Shown: positions 25,746-39,230 of the stretch, one piece after another
How positions within the stretch are numbered: position 1 is the first letter of the stretch
Layout of the letters: the number at the start of each line of letters is the position of its first letter
Assembly: GCA_951406725.2 (NCBI GenBank)
Contig: OX597831.1
Location: 22,940,001 to 23,004,000, forward strand
Reading direction: 5' to 3'
Length of the DNA stretch: 64,000 nucleotides
Source of the DNA: Octopus vulgaris
Taxonomy: Eukaryota
Translations under genes and position numbers: made by a program
Notes under the pieces: model-generated
The model's input: only the letters and a program-made list of their open reading frames with translations
What the model was told of the DNA's origin: nothing
Database searches by the model: none

Positions 25746-26056
25746 GCGAATATGTATTTGGAATGTGACAATGATTAAATTACATTTTGAAATAAAGCAA
25801 CTGAATCAAAAATAATAAAAAAAAATAAAAATTGGAAAGAATATCATAGTAAAACAAAAAAAGAAATTAAACAAAACATTAAATATTTAATATTATTTAA
25901 ATAAATTTAAATAAATTTACATATATCTCCTCCATTCCATACAAGCATAAAATTAGGTGAAAATGTATGTAAACTCATCATTTCAACTTATTTAGCATCA
26001 ATACACTTCATTTGAGAAGCTTATACACACATATATATATATATACATATATATAC

Positions 26057-26119
<63 letters not shown>

Positions 26120-26214
26120 CATACATATAAATATACATACATACATACATATATATATATACATACATATATATATATACATACATATATATATTTATAT
26201 ATATACATACATGC

Positions 26215-26268
<54 letters not shown>

Positions 26269-26399
26269 TCGTTCATTCAACATCTGCCTTCCACACTTGC
26301 ATGGGTGGGAATATATACAAATGTGCCATACACACACGCACACACACACACACACGCATATATATATATATATATGTGAATATATATTCGTATATATGC

Positions 26400-26436
<37 letters not shown>

Positions 26437-26667
26437 CATACAATCCTACATACAAAGATGTGCTTGTATGAATTTATGTATGTATGTGTGTGAGAGTGTA
26501 TGTGCAATTTTTTATTTGGTGATTAATTTCCAGATGTAATTCTCTTTCTAAGTGAATGCGTTCCCAACAAATAAATTTATTTTCTGAACAAAACTGGATA
26601 AATATACTTTATAGCATGTTTTTAAAATGAAACTCACAAGAATACATACATATATGTATATCATCAT

Positions 26668-27950
26668 CCTTCTTCTTCTTCTTCTTCTTCTTCTTCTTCT
26701 TCTTCTTCTTCTTCTTCTTCTTCTTCTTCTTCTTCATTCTTCTTCTTCATCTTCATCTACTTCTTCTTCTCCTTCCTCTTCTTCTTCTTCTTCTTCTTCT
26801 TCTTCTTCTTCATCTTCTTCTACTTCTTCTTCTCCTTCCTCTTCTTCTTCTTCTTCTTCTCCTTCTTCTTCTTCATCTTCTTCTACTTCTTCTTCTCCTT
26901 CCTCTTCTTCTTCTTCTTCTTCTTCTTCATCTTCTTCTACTTCTTCTTCTCCTTCCTCTTCTTCTTCTTCTTCTTCTTCTCCTTCTTCTTCTTCATCTTC
27001 TTCTACTTCTTCTTCTCCTTCCTCTTCTTCTTCTTCTTCTTCTTCTTCTTCTTCTTCTTCTTCATCTTCTTCTACTTCTTCTTCTCCTTCCTCTTCTTCT
27101 TCTTCTTCTTCATCTTCTTCTACTTCTTCTTCTCCTTCCTCTTCTTCTTCTTCTTCTTCTCCTTCTTCTTCTTCATCTTCTTCTACTTCTTCTTCTCCTT
27201 CCTCTTCTTCTTCTTCTTCTTCATCTTCTTCTACTTCTTCTTCTCCTTCCTCTTCTTCTTCTTCTTCTTCTTCTCCTTCTTCTTCTTCATCTTCTTCTAC
27301 TTCTTCTTCTCCTTCCTCCTCTTCTTCTCCTTCCTCTTCTTCTTCTTCTTCTTCTTCCTTCTTCTTCTTCATCTTCTTCTACTTCTTCTTCTCCTTCCTC
27401 TTCTTCTTCTTCTTCTTCTTCAGCTTCTTCTACTTCTTCTTCTCCTTCCTCTTCTTCTTCTTCTTCTTCTTCTCCTTCTTCTTCTTCATCTTCTTCTACT
27501 TCTTCTTCTCCTTCCTCTTCTTCTTCTTCTTCTTCTTCTTCTTCTTCTCCTTCTTCTTCTTCATCTTCTTCTACTTCTTCTTCTCCTTCCTCTTCTTCTC
27601 CTTCTTCTTCTTCATCTTCTTCTACTTCTTCTTCTCCTTCCTCCTCTTCTTCGTCTTTTTCTTCTTCTTCTTCTTCTTCTTCTTCTTCTCCTTCTTCTTC
27701 TTCTTCTTCTTCTTCATCATCTTCTTCTTCTTCTTCTTCTTCTTCTTCTCCTCCTTCTCCTCCTTCTTCTTCTTCTTCTTCTCCTCCTCCTTCTTCTTCT
27801 TCTTCTTCTCCTTCTTCTCCTTCTCCTTCTCCTCCTCCTCCTTCTTCTTCTCCTTCTCCTCCTTCTTCTTCTTCTTCTTCTTCTTCTTCTTCTTCTTCTT
27901 CTTCTTCTTCTTCTTCTTCTTCTTCTTCTTCTTCTTCTTCTTCTTCTTTC
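26668..27950. repeat. ~1.3-kb (TTC)n array with higher-order variant units
   Basis: Recurring unit tcatcttcttctacttcttcttctccttcctcttc. Confidence 0.97.
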
Positions 27951-28459
27951 TTGAGGTGGCAAGCTGATATAATTGTTAGCATGCCAGATGAAATGCTTCA
28001 CGGCATTTCACCCATTGCTTCATTCTGAGTTCAAATTCTGCCGAGGTTGACTTTGCCCAGGTAGTATTAAATGTGCATTTAAAAAAAAAGACAAAGAGAG
28101 ATACAGGGAAGATAATTAACTTCACAGTAAACATAACCAGTATCGTATGGATATGCAAGTTAGGTAAACCAACACTAGAATGGTCTATGATATGTCTGAT
28201 GATTTATCCTTAATTTCCACTAAGATGCATTTTATCAGCTGTGGACATTAAGAAAATATCTTTCTCTTAGTATTTGCGCTTTCACTGGAGGTTCTTAAGA
28301 GTATTGAAAGATAGTTTTTCAAATGAGGATATGGAACATCTTTTCCAGTCATTAGTCTAGGGTTCTGTCTTACAAAAAATCTTCTGTTTGGTGTTGTAGT
28401 TGATGTTCATACATACATACATATATATATATATATAAATGTGTGTGTGTGTGTATATA

Positions 28460-28716
28460 TAAAAGCACCATTCGAGCGTGATCATTACCAGCGTCGCCTT
28501 ACTGGCACTTGTGCCGGTGTGAAGGTGGCACATAAAAAAAATTACCATTTGGGCATGGCTGTTGCCGGTACTGCCTCACTGGCCCACGTGCTGGTGGCAC
28601 ATAAAAGCACCCACTACATTCTCAGAGTGGTTAGCATTAGGAAGGGCCTCCAGCTGTAGATTGGAGCCTGATGCAGCCATCTGAAAGCGGACGTTAAACG
28701 ATGATGATGATGAGGA
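28460..28716 (+). mobile_element. RTE family C 3' UTR fragment
   Basis: Internal repeats, ending cggacgttaaac(gat)n. Confidence 0.8.
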
Positions 28717-28744
28717 TATATATATATATATATATATGTATGTA

Positions 28745-28952
28745 GTTTTTCAAAATGTAACCGCATGTGTATCGTTGGCGATTTTCTTCTGTTTTCCCTT
28801 CATTTGAACTTTCCTCTATTTCTGAAGAAGAGCTTTGCTCAAAACATTAAATCTTCTTTCCTTTATTTCCTGAACATATGATAATACAGCACTTGTACCA
28901 CGTCCTCGCATTATTGTTTTTTCTTGTTCGCTCTTCTTTGTTTGGATTCACT
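28745..28952 (+). mobile_element. Penelope-like short element in (TA)n with decayed hammerhead (28818-28852)
   Basis: attt-CTGAAGA-a-gagc ttt gctc-AAAA-ca-TT-aaat; homologous to 59527-59735. Confidence 0.7.
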
Positions 28953-29979
28953 ATATATATATATATATCCTTGGTTCTATCCTACTGTGTGACACCTAGG
29001 GCGAATATATTTTTTATAGCTCAATGTTGATTTGTCAATTCATAAGTTCGTGTTCGTCCTAGAGCTATGAAAGAAGACACTTAGCAAGAGTGTTGCACAA
29101 TGGGACTGAACTCAAAGCCATGTGGTTGTAAAATGAACTTCTTAACCACACAACCATGTCTATATATACGTACTCTCTCTCTCACACACACAAATATGTG
29201 TGTATATGCACACATATATGCACTTACATATACATATATGCATGCATACATACATACATACATACATATATGTATACATACATATGTCTATGTGTGTTTT
29301 CTTAGTAGCTGAAGCAAGGTAATATAACTTGATTTAGGTGGTCTAAACACATAAGTATGTGAATCGTACCTTGATTTAAATCAGTGGGAGGTCATGTCAA
29401 TGGAAGCTTAACTGTTAGGTATTGGTATCGACTCTGCACTTGTAGGTAATGTCCTTAGTAAATCAGCTTTTATTCATTGTTACTCAATGTCTTATAACAC
29501 TTTTTTTGTATAATGTGAAATGTAAGATATATTTGTTCTGATAAATATGCAATAATATTAATGCAGAGAAAATTAATCAAAATGGCTATGCCTTAAACAT
29601 CCTCATTTTTATTACAATTTTGATAATCTTAAATTACGTCATCGAATACATCCTGCCCTTTTTTTAAAGACAGTTTGGTTTTTTTCTGTGAATTTAACTG
29701 CTGTCTTTAGCATATCAAGCTTCTGATTCTATAACTGTATGATAAAAAATCGTTCTTGTGCTAATACATAATTATTGTACCTTATAAGCTCTGCCACTCT
29801 CACGCTTACATACACACAAATATATATGCAAATAGTATTCATAGGTAAGCATGCACACATGCACACACACACACGTGCATATATGTGTAAGCGTGTATAT
29901 AATACATCTATTTACAAATGCATGGTACATGTATGTTGTATATGCATTTATGTAGATGTGTATATATTTATATGTATTC

Positions 29980-30038
<59 letters not shown>

Positions 30039-30264
30039 TATACATATATATATGTGTGTGTGCGCGTGTGTGTTTATGTGTGCATATGTATGTTAATATG
30101 TATATGTGCTAGTGCATGTATCTGTATATATGTACATAAACTCACTTGTGCACCTATTCTCCAGTTAAGTTAATTGGATGTGATAATTATATTATATATC
30201 ACCTGAGTTTATTATGACAGAATAATAGTCGAGGTAGGAATATTACAGTAATATATATTCTCAG

Positions 30265-31025
30265 GTGTGACAGTGGTGGTGGTGGCGGCGATGGTGGTGG
30301 TGGGGTGCATGTGGTGCTGGTGCTAGTTCTGAGAGTTTATGGTGTTTCTTGTACTGGAAATGATGTTGGTGGTGGTGCTGATTGTGGTTACTATGGTGAG
30401 GATCACCGTGATGCTGTTTGGCAATAAGTGGTGGCCATAAAGCTTGTAGGTGGTTGTGGTGACGGGGGTGTGTGTGCTGGTGGTATTGGTAGCAGTAGGC
30501 GTGGTGGTAATAGGTGTGATAGTGGGGGGTGTTGTGAAAAGGGTGATGGTGGTGGTGTTTGTGGCGATCGTGGTGGTTGGGTTTTGGTGGTTATTGTAGC
30601 AGCAGTATAAATGTAGTTGGTGGTGGTATGTGTTGTAGTAGATGTGGGTGTTGATGGCAGTTGTCATGGTGATAATCCTATGGTAACGAATTACAGGTGA
30701 GAAAGGAAGAATTGGAAATGTAGAGAAGGATTAGGAGTGTGAGAGAGGAAGAGATGAGACAGAAAGAATGGGGGAGGGGAGAGAAAAAGAAAGAGAGAGG
30801 AAGAGAAAGGGAGAGAAAGGGAGAGAGGTGAGAGAGGAAAGAGCAAAGAGAGGAAGAGAGAGGGGAGAAAGAGAGAAGGAGAGAGAGAGAGAAGAGGGAG
30901 ATAACGAGAGAGAAAGAAAGGTGAGGTAGAAAAAGAGAGAGAAAGAAAAGGAAAGAAAGCAGGAGAGAGAGGATAAAAGAGAGACAGAGAGAAAGAAAGA
31001 AATAGAAAGAGAGAGAAAGAGAGAG
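30265..31025. repeat. (GGT)-rich then (GA)-rich low-complexity tracts
   Basis: Direct inspection. Confidence 0.9.
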
Positions 31026-31674
31026 TGGAGTTTGAACTTAGGATCTGAGAGTGATGAAGCTATATGTTTTATCCAGTACTCTATGGCCTGTAGCAGCATA
31101 TTTCTAATATAAGCAGAAGGATTGAACTATAGGAGAGGGGCCTAGACAATTACAGTGACCCCAGTATTTGAATGATACTTTATTTTATTGACCCCAAAAA
31201 TCGTGAAAGGCAAAGCTGGCTTTGGTAGGATTTGAACTCAGAACATAAAGAACTGCAACAAATACTGCAAATAACTTGGTCCAACACTCTAAAAATTATA
31301 CCTTTCTTCTTCGTCCTCCTCCTCATACTACTACTACTACCACCACCACCACCACTGCTACTACTGCAAGCACAAAGCCTAAAATTTGGGTGGGGGAGGG
31401 AGATAGTGATTTACATCGACCCCAGTGCTCAGCTAGTAATTAGTCCATTGGCCCTGAAAGGATAAAAGGCAGACTCGACCAGGGTGGAATTTGAACTTGG
31501 AACATAAAGCCAGACAATATTCTTAGAAGTATATTTTATCCAGTATGTTATCGGCAAAAAGTGCTCAAATTTTGGCACAAGGCCAGCAATTTTAGTGGTT
31601 GTTGTTGTTGGTGATATTTATTGTATTGACCCTGAAAAGATAGAAGGTAAATTTAACCTCAGCAATATTTGGAA

Positions 31675-32230
31675 AGGGGCAAGCTGGCAGAAGTGTTAGC
31701 AAGCCAGGTGAAATGCTTAGCAGTATTTCGTCTGTCTTTACATTCTGAGTTCAAATTCCGCTGAGGTCAACTTTGTCTTTCATCCTTTTGGGGTCGATAA
31801 ATAAAGTACCAGTTACGCACTGTGGTTGATATGATCAACTTAATCTATTTGTCTGTCCTTGTTTGTCCTCTCTGTGTTTAGCCCCTTGTGAGTAGTAAAG
31901 AAATAAGTATTTCGTCTGTCTTTACGTTCTGAGTTCAAATTCCGCCAAGGTCGATTTTGCCTTTCATCCTTTTGGGGTTGATAAATTAAGTACCAGTTAC
32001 GCACTGGGGTCGATATAAACGACTTACTCCGTTTGTCTGTCCTTGTTTGTCCTCTCTGTGTTTAGCCCCTTGTAGGCAATAAAGAAATAAGTATTTCGCC
32101 TGTCGCTACGTTCTGAGTTCAAATCCCACCAAGGTCGACTTTGCCTTTCATCCTTTCAGGGCCAATAAATTAAGTACCAGTTGCGTACTGGAGTCGATCT
32201 AGTTAACTGGTACCTAGAGTAGAAAAGAAT
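31675..32230 (+). mobile_element. SINE family B, tandem trimer
   Basis: One head then three bodies tatttcg..gttctgagttcaaat..gcctttcatcctttc..agtaccagtt. Confidence 0.88.
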
Positions 32231-32946
32231 ATTTGAAAAGGAGTTTATAAATGATAGAAAGCTGGGACAGTGTTTGTGGATGGATGAGTGAATTTGATGT
32301 TGCTCAAAGGGCTATGGAACCAGCATGATGTGGCGGGAGTAAACCAGCATATGCTTTTGGGCCCCACTGCTGATATCGGGAGTTGTGTTCTGTCCTATGC
32401 CTTGACCTGAGAATAGAATGGGGCTCGCCTCTTTGAGCTGGGAAATGAATAGAATAATGCTTAATGTGTGCCTTGTTGTGGCCACCTATTTCGAAAAAAA
32501 TGAGGAGTAGGCCTGAGTATATAAAATAAAATAATATTTGAAACCAGAACACCAAGCTTCAAGAAATGTTATTAAGCTCCTTGTCTGGGGTGCTGACAAT
32601 TCTGCCAGCTCACCACATTGGCATCTCATTAATAATGGCAAAGTTATCTTGCTAAATTCTTTCTTTCTGATATTAAAATTAATTGGAATAAAATCGGTGT
32701 ATTTTAACAGAATTCATACTTATCAGAAAGGGTTAATGGTATTTCAGAATGTGTGGGGGGTTCCTTCGTTGGTTTTTGATGATATGTATGTGACAACAGA
32801 AGTATCATGATGATGAAGATGAAGAAGAGGAAAAAGTTAATGATTTTGACTATAACAAGAATATTATAATGAATGGATAATGGAGATAACGAAGATGAAA
32901 GCGATGATAGTGATACGAATGTTGGTGACGACGACGACGATGATGG

Positions 32947-32988
<42 letters not shown>

Positions 32989-33600
32989 CGATGAAAATGA
33001 TGATGATTACAAAGATGATGATGATGACGATGATAACACTGATGTGACGATGAGAATGATGATGATGATGATGATGAAGAAGAGGAGGAAGGGGGAAGAG
33101 GAGAAAATTGATGATGATTACAGTGATGTTAGTAATTACAGATAATTTAATTATTATTTGCTTTAAATCTTCCACTAATTAAACTTTAATTATTTAAAAA
33201 CAACAACAACAACAACAGCAACAACAGCACCGGAACTCTTATTTCTGTTGTTGTAGTTATTGCTATTTTCATATTAAGAATTATATATTGTTGTTGTTGT
33301 TGTTGAGTTTGTTGCATACATATATATATATATATCTCACCCTCATACTCTCTCTCTCTCTAGCTTACTCTTCATCTCCTCCCTTTCAACGCTGACACAC
33401 TGAACACCCACCTGTCCTAACCTGTCCTCCTTCCTGAAACCCCCCACATAACAAAAGTAATTAGCAGTCAACATAGTTATGATAACGAGCAATAGGGAGA
33501 GAGGGAGGAAACGGTAATATGTATGGTTTCATATATATCAAGTGAAAGTTTTCTGTGGAGAATTCTTACAGATAGCAGTGAGTGTGACAACAAGGACAAC

Positions 33601-33601
<1 letters not shown>

Positions 33602-33631
<30 letters not shown>

Positions 33632-34132
33632 TGTATGTATGTATGTATGTATGTATGTGTGTGTGTATGTATGTATGTATGTATGTATGTATGTATGTAT
33701 GTACGTACGTATGTATGTATGTATGTATGTATGTATGTATGTGTGTATGTATGTGCATGTGTGTATGTATGTATGTATGTATGTATGTATGTATGTATGT
33801 TATGTATGTATGTATGTAATGTATGTAATGTATGTGTGTATGTATGTATGTATGTATGTATGTATGTATGTATGTACGTATGTATGTATGTATGTATATA
33901 TGTATGTATGTATGTATATGTATATATGCATGTATGTATGTATGCATGTATGTATGCATGTATGCATGTATGCATGTATGCATGTATGCATGTATGTATG
34001 CATGTATGCATGTATGTATGTATGCATGTGTGTGTGTGCAATGTATGTATGTATGTATGTATGTATGTAATGTATGTATGTATGTAATGTATGCATGTAT
34101 GTATGTATGCATGTGTGTGTGTGCAATGTATG

Positions 34133-34163
<31 letters not shown>

Positions 34164-34414
34164 TGTATGTATGTAATGTATGTATGTAATGTATGTATGT
34201 AATGTATGTATGTATGTATGTAATGTATGTATGTAATGTATGTATGTAATGTATGTATGTATGCATGTATGTATGTATGCATGTATGCATGTATGTATGT
34301 ATGTATGTATGTATGTAATGTATGTATGTAATGTATGTATGTAATGTATGTATGTAATGTATGTATGTATGTATGTAATGTATGTATGTAATGTATGTAT
34401 GTAATGTATGTATG

Positions 34415-34445
<31 letters not shown>

Positions 34446-34481
34446 TGTATGTATGTAATGTATGTATGTAATGTATGTATG

Positions 34482-34512
<31 letters not shown>

Positions 34513-34790
34513 TGTATGTATGTAATGTATGTATGTATGTATGTAATGTATGTATGTAATGTATGTATGTAATGTATGTATGTATGCATGTATGTACGCA
34601 TGTATGCATGTATGCATGTATGCATGTACGCATGTATGTATGCATGTATGCATGCATGTATGTATGCATGTATGCATGTATGTATGTATGCATGTGTGTA
34701 TGTGCAATGTATTTATGTATGTATGTATGTAATGTATGTATGTATGTAATGTATGCATGTATGTATGTATGCATGTGTGTGTGTGCAATG

Positions 34791-34821
<31 letters not shown>

Positions 34822-35491
34822 TGTATGTATGTAATGTATGTATGTATGTATGTATGTAATGTATGTATGTATGTATGTATGTAATGTATGTATGTAATGT
34901 ATGTATGTAATGTATGTATGTAATGTATGTATGTATGTATGCATGCATGTATGTATGCATGTATGCATGTATGTATGTATGCATGTGTGTGTGTGTGCAA
35001 TGTATGTATGTATGTATGTAATGTATGTATGTATGTAATGTATGTATGTATGTATGTATGCATGTGTGTGTGTGCAATGTATGTATGTATGTATGTAATG
35101 TATGTATGTAATGTATGTATGTAATGTATGTATGTAATGTATGTATGTAATGTATGTATGTATGTATGTAATGTATGTATGTAATGTATGTATGTAATGT
35201 ATGTATGTAATGTATGTATGTAATGTATGTATGTATGTATGTAATGTATGTATGTAATGTATGTATGTAATGTATGTATGTAATGTATGTATGTAATGTA
35301 TGTATGTATGTATGTATGTACGTACGTATGTATGTATGTATGTAATGTATGTACTGTATGTATGTATGTATTGTATGAATGTATGTACGTATGTATGTAA
35401 TGTATGTAATGTATTTATGTACGTATGTATGTATGTATGTATGTATGTATGTATGTATGTATGTATGTATGTATGTATGTATGTATGTATG

Positions 35492-35522
<31 letters not shown>

Positions 35523-35597
35523 TGTATGTATGTAATGTATGTATGTAATGTATGTATGTAATGTATGTATGTATGTATGTATGTAATGTATGTATGT
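33602..35597. repeat. ~2-kb (ATGT)n satellite with (GTAAT)/(GCAT) variant higher-order units
   Basis: Direct inspection. Confidence 0.97.
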
Positions 35598-35651
35598 AGG
35601 AATGAATGAATGATGAATGAGCTAAAGCAAGAAAAGACTTAATATAAAAAG

Positions 35652-35838
35652 ATTTGAGCGAGGCCGTTGCCAGTGCTGATGGCACATAATAGCACCCAGT
35701 ACAGGTTCGGAGTGGTTGGCATTAGGAAGGGCATCCAACTGTAGAAGCCATCTGGTTCGCCAGTCCTCAGTCAAATCGTCCAACCCATGCTAGCATGGAA
35801 AGCAGACGTTAAACGATGATGATGATGATGATGATGAA
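35652..35838 (+). mobile_element. RTE family C 3' end
   Basis: ..caacccatgctagcatggaaagcagacgttaaac(gat)n. Confidence 0.8.
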
Positions 35839-36061
35839 AAGGACAAGATAACACAAAGTTATTATTGGTTTCATGCTTGGAAAGAAAAAGGAATGAGGTT
35901 CGATATTTTGAACATAAAGTCCTTTATCAGAAAAAAAAAAACAATGAGGAAAGAAAAACAAAATAATGATGGAAAGGAAGGAAGAGAAGAAATGCATGCA
36001 TATATATAAATAGATAGATATGTGTATGTGCGCGCACGTGCGTGTGTGTGTGTGGGGGGGG

Positions 36062-36220
36062 GGGGCTTCTTTCAATTTCCGTCTACCAAATCCACTCACA
36101 AGGCTTTGGTCAGTCCAAGGCTATAGTAGAAGACACTTGCCCAAGGTGCCATGCAATGGGAGTGAACCTGGAACTATGTGATTGCAGAACAAACTTCTTA
36201 CCACACAGCCACACCTATGC
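36062..36220 (-). mobile_element. SINE family A 5' half
   Basis: Colinear with family A head. Confidence 0.8.
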
Positions 36221-36231
36221 TTATTTATTTA

Positions 36232-36323
<92 letters not shown>

Positions 36324-37050
36324 GCATAAACAGAGGCCTGAAAGATTGCCTTAAGATACAACTCGTGTTTTCTAAATATACTTGTTCAAGTATCGTAATA
36401 ACATGAAGCTATTAGTAGCTCATTTGACTGTGTATTTAAATGGATATATGTATATATATTTAGAGAGAGAGAGCGAGAGATATTGATAGATAGACATATG
36501 TATGTATACACATAATCAAAATAAAAAGACAAAGAAGGAGTTAACCAACTCTTTAATGACCAATCACAGCTGTTTCTGCACCACCCCATATGAAAAGTGA
36601 CATAATATTTGCCGTTTTAAGCACTAGCAAGGCGCATCATCAGTCTTACATCATATGGTGTGCTTTTAAACTGTAGTACTTTACCATGTGATTATTAGTG
36701 CCATGTACATTAGATAATGCATTCTTTAACCTCTTTGACTGCCTGGAGCTGATAGTAATATGGCGTCACTGCATCAAAAGCATCTTTGTTTGAAGATAGG
36801 TTCAAAATCCTCTTACTGACGCAGTCTGCAAGGATTTTAAAGACTATTGGTTGGGGCAGGAGACTGTGTTGATGCGCAACAGCCCTTCATTAGGTTTGCA
36901 GTAGAGACTGTGTGAACTTGGATGTAAATTAAGTGTAACGACTAAGAAATATAGCTTGGTAAGTTTGGTCTCTATGGTGGCCTTAAATTTCTTTCTCTCT
37001 CCCTCTACTAACCAATGTATCTATCTCTCGATATATATATATATATATAT

Positions 37051-37341
37051 CACGTGACCGACCAGACCATCAGATGTTGCTACACATCGCTGGTCACAAT
37101 GCGTTCGCATTGTTTTACCCTTTGAATGACGCCACCCCGCTGGCTAAGCAAGCAGGCCAACAGAAGAGTGAGAGAAAGAGTGGTGAAAGAGTATAGCAGG
37201 GATCACCACCCCCTGCCGGAGCATCGTGGAGCTTTTAGGTGTTTTTGCTCAATAAACACGCACAACGCCCAATCTGGGAATTGAAACCGAGATCCTACAA
37301 CCGTGAGTCTGCTGCCCTAACCACTGGGCCATTGCACCTCC
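37051..37341 (-). mobile_element. tRNA-derived SINE (family E)
   Basis: Reverse complement GGAGGTGCAATGGCCCAGTGGTTAGGGCAGCAGAC..GGTTTCAATTCC (A/B boxes). Confidence 0.8.
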
Positions 37342-37355
37342 ACACACACACACAA

Positions 37356-37390
<35 letters not shown>

Positions 37391-37439
37391 AAATATGTGG
37401 CACTAGCACCAGTGCTTTTACCTGGTGCTGTTTTGCTGT

Positions 37440-37734
37440 TTGTTCCTTCTCAACCCATGCCTTGCTCATAGAGCCAGTTTCCCGGTTTCCTTGGCATGTA
37501 GGTTCCCCACCTGGACGGGACACCAGTCATTGCAGGTGAGCTGCAAATGCAGGAGGAAAGAGTGTGAGAAATTTGTGGCAAAAGAGTCAGCAGAAGTTTG
37601 CAATTACCTTCTGCCAGAGCTGCATGGAGCTTAGGTGTTTCGCTTATAAACACACACATCGCCCGGTCGGAGATTTGAACCCACGATCCCTCGACCATAA
37701 GTCTGCTGCTCTAACCACTAGGCCATGTGCCTCC
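37440..37734 (-). mobile_element. tRNA-derived SINE related to family E
   Basis: Reverse complement GGAGGCACATGGCCTAGTGGTTAGAGCAGCAGAC..GGTTCAAATCT; tail resembles that of 55406-55643. Confidence 0.8.
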
Positions 37735-38517
37735 ACTAACTGGTGCTACTACTGCTATGTAAAAAGCACCCAGTACACTCTGTAAAATATTTGGCACTGG
37801 GAAGTGCACTGAGCCATAGAAACCATGGTAGAAAAGCCAATGGAGCCTGGTGCAGCCCTCCAGCCTTGCCAGCTCCTGTCAAACAATCCAACTCATGCCA
37901 ACATGGAGAGCAGGTGTTAAATGACGACAATGACGATGATGATGATGATATCCAGTAATAAAAGCAAAATAGAGAATTCAAATTGATGTATGTTAATTTA
38001 TTAACATAATATTGTATTATTACTATTACATAAAAATAAATATAATGCTTACAACTGTTTAGATTCAAACCCAAATATATTATGTATAAGTATCTTGCAG
38101 TTCTTCTATTTCTTTTGAACATATAGATACTTACACATAATTTATTTACATGAGTTTATTTCCTTCTTTAAAAAAGCTAAGTAACTTTTGATTGAATGAC
38201 AATAACATAATTTATAAAATTCATTATAATATTATTTAGTGTTGGCGTGGTTTGGATAAAAGATATTTTCTTGGAAAATTTTTTTGTGTATGGTGTAATT
38301 CTCTAAATAGTATAGAACTGGAAGTCAATATTTACTGCTTTACAATATATTAATACTGAATTATTTCTGTTTTAATATACTAAAGTACCGAAATGTACTT
38401 CAATTAAAATTCTTAAATATGCCTGCACATATTTTATAACCATATTTCATCTTATTTTATTTATTATTTTTAAAAAAATTAAATTATTGACGCTCACACA
38501 AACATAAACATATATTG

Positions 38518-38806
38518 ATTACTTACTTACTTGTACTTGTGATGGCGTTCACCCAGGGCAGGTTGAGCCAGCTTCTTCCCTGGTCCTAACGGCATCACAA
38601 ACCATGACGGCCCACGTTCGACGGTCCTGTGCGAGGTCACTGGAGATAGCGAACCCTTCGCGGTTCCATCTGCGCAGACCGACCACCTGCGGACCTGAGA
38701 GTTCGGAGAGGTCCTCCTTTATCGTCCTTGCCCAGGTCTTCAGCTGCCCGCACTTGCGTTTGCGCCAGCTGTGTAGTGGAGGTGGGAGGAGGATATCATG
38801 AATCAG
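38518..38806 (-). mobile_element. 5'-truncated RTE LINE: intact 85-codon C-terminus and (TAAG)n tail
   Basis: 38806-38549 translates LIHDILLPPPLHSWRKRKCGQLKTWARTIKEDLSELSGPQVVGLRRWNREGFAISSDLAQDRRTWAVMVCDAVRTREEAGSTCPG*. Confidence 0.85.
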
Positions 38807-38819
38807 TTATAACTGTTTT

Positions 38820-38976
38820 ATGATTTAAGACTTCTCATATGTGATTTTAAGACTTCTCATATGTGATTTTAAGACTTCTCATATGTGATTTTAAGACTTC
38901 TCATATGTGATTTTAAGACTTCTCAAATGTGATTTTAAGACTTCTCATATGCGATTTTAAGACTTCTCATATGTGT
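38820..38976. repeat. 22-bp minisatellite, ~7 copies
   Basis: Unit gattttaagacttctcatatgt. Confidence 0.95.
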
Positions 38977-38980
38977 CCAG

Positions 38981-39068
38981 TTACCCTGATGAGATTCTTA
39001 CCCTAAATATTTCCATAATATGAATTTGTTGTTGGTTTTGGGGGTTGAATTGAAACAATTGTAGGGAT
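38981..39068 (+). ncRNA. Type I hammerhead with extended stem II, GUA site
   Basis: ttacc-CTGATGA-gattc..accctaaa..ttttgggggt..gaatt-GAAA-caattg-TA-gggat; palindrome ACAATTGT; stem I weak. Confidence 0.7.
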
Positions 39069-39230
39069 TATATTCATTTTTACATAATAATAATAATAAT
39101 AATAATAATATAAAATTATGTTAATAAATTAACATATGTCAATTTGAACTCTCCATTTTACTTTTAATATTGTATATTGTGTATATGTACCCATTTATAT
39201 TGGAGAAATTTTTCTACAAAGTATTATATA

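Noticed and set aside
24594-27982. His/Ser/Glu-rich ORFs up to 446 aa
   Set aside because: Trinucleotide repeat tracts without splice signals or protein complexity
32285-32515. GC-richer unique segment, possible structured RNA
   Set aside because: Could not build a convincing HDV-like, snRNA or tRNA fold by eye
33477-35685. 715-aa and overlapping ORFs
   Set aside because: (ATGT)n satellite artefacts
36600-36965. Minus-strand CTGATGA with short stem, and plus-strand GTAAGT donor
   Set aside because: No GAAA, stem III or stem I closure; no convincing acceptor or open frame for an exon
38820-38976. CRISPR-like regular repeats (also 43078-43312)
   Set aside because: Contiguous tandem units with no unique spacers; eukaryotic context; no cas genes
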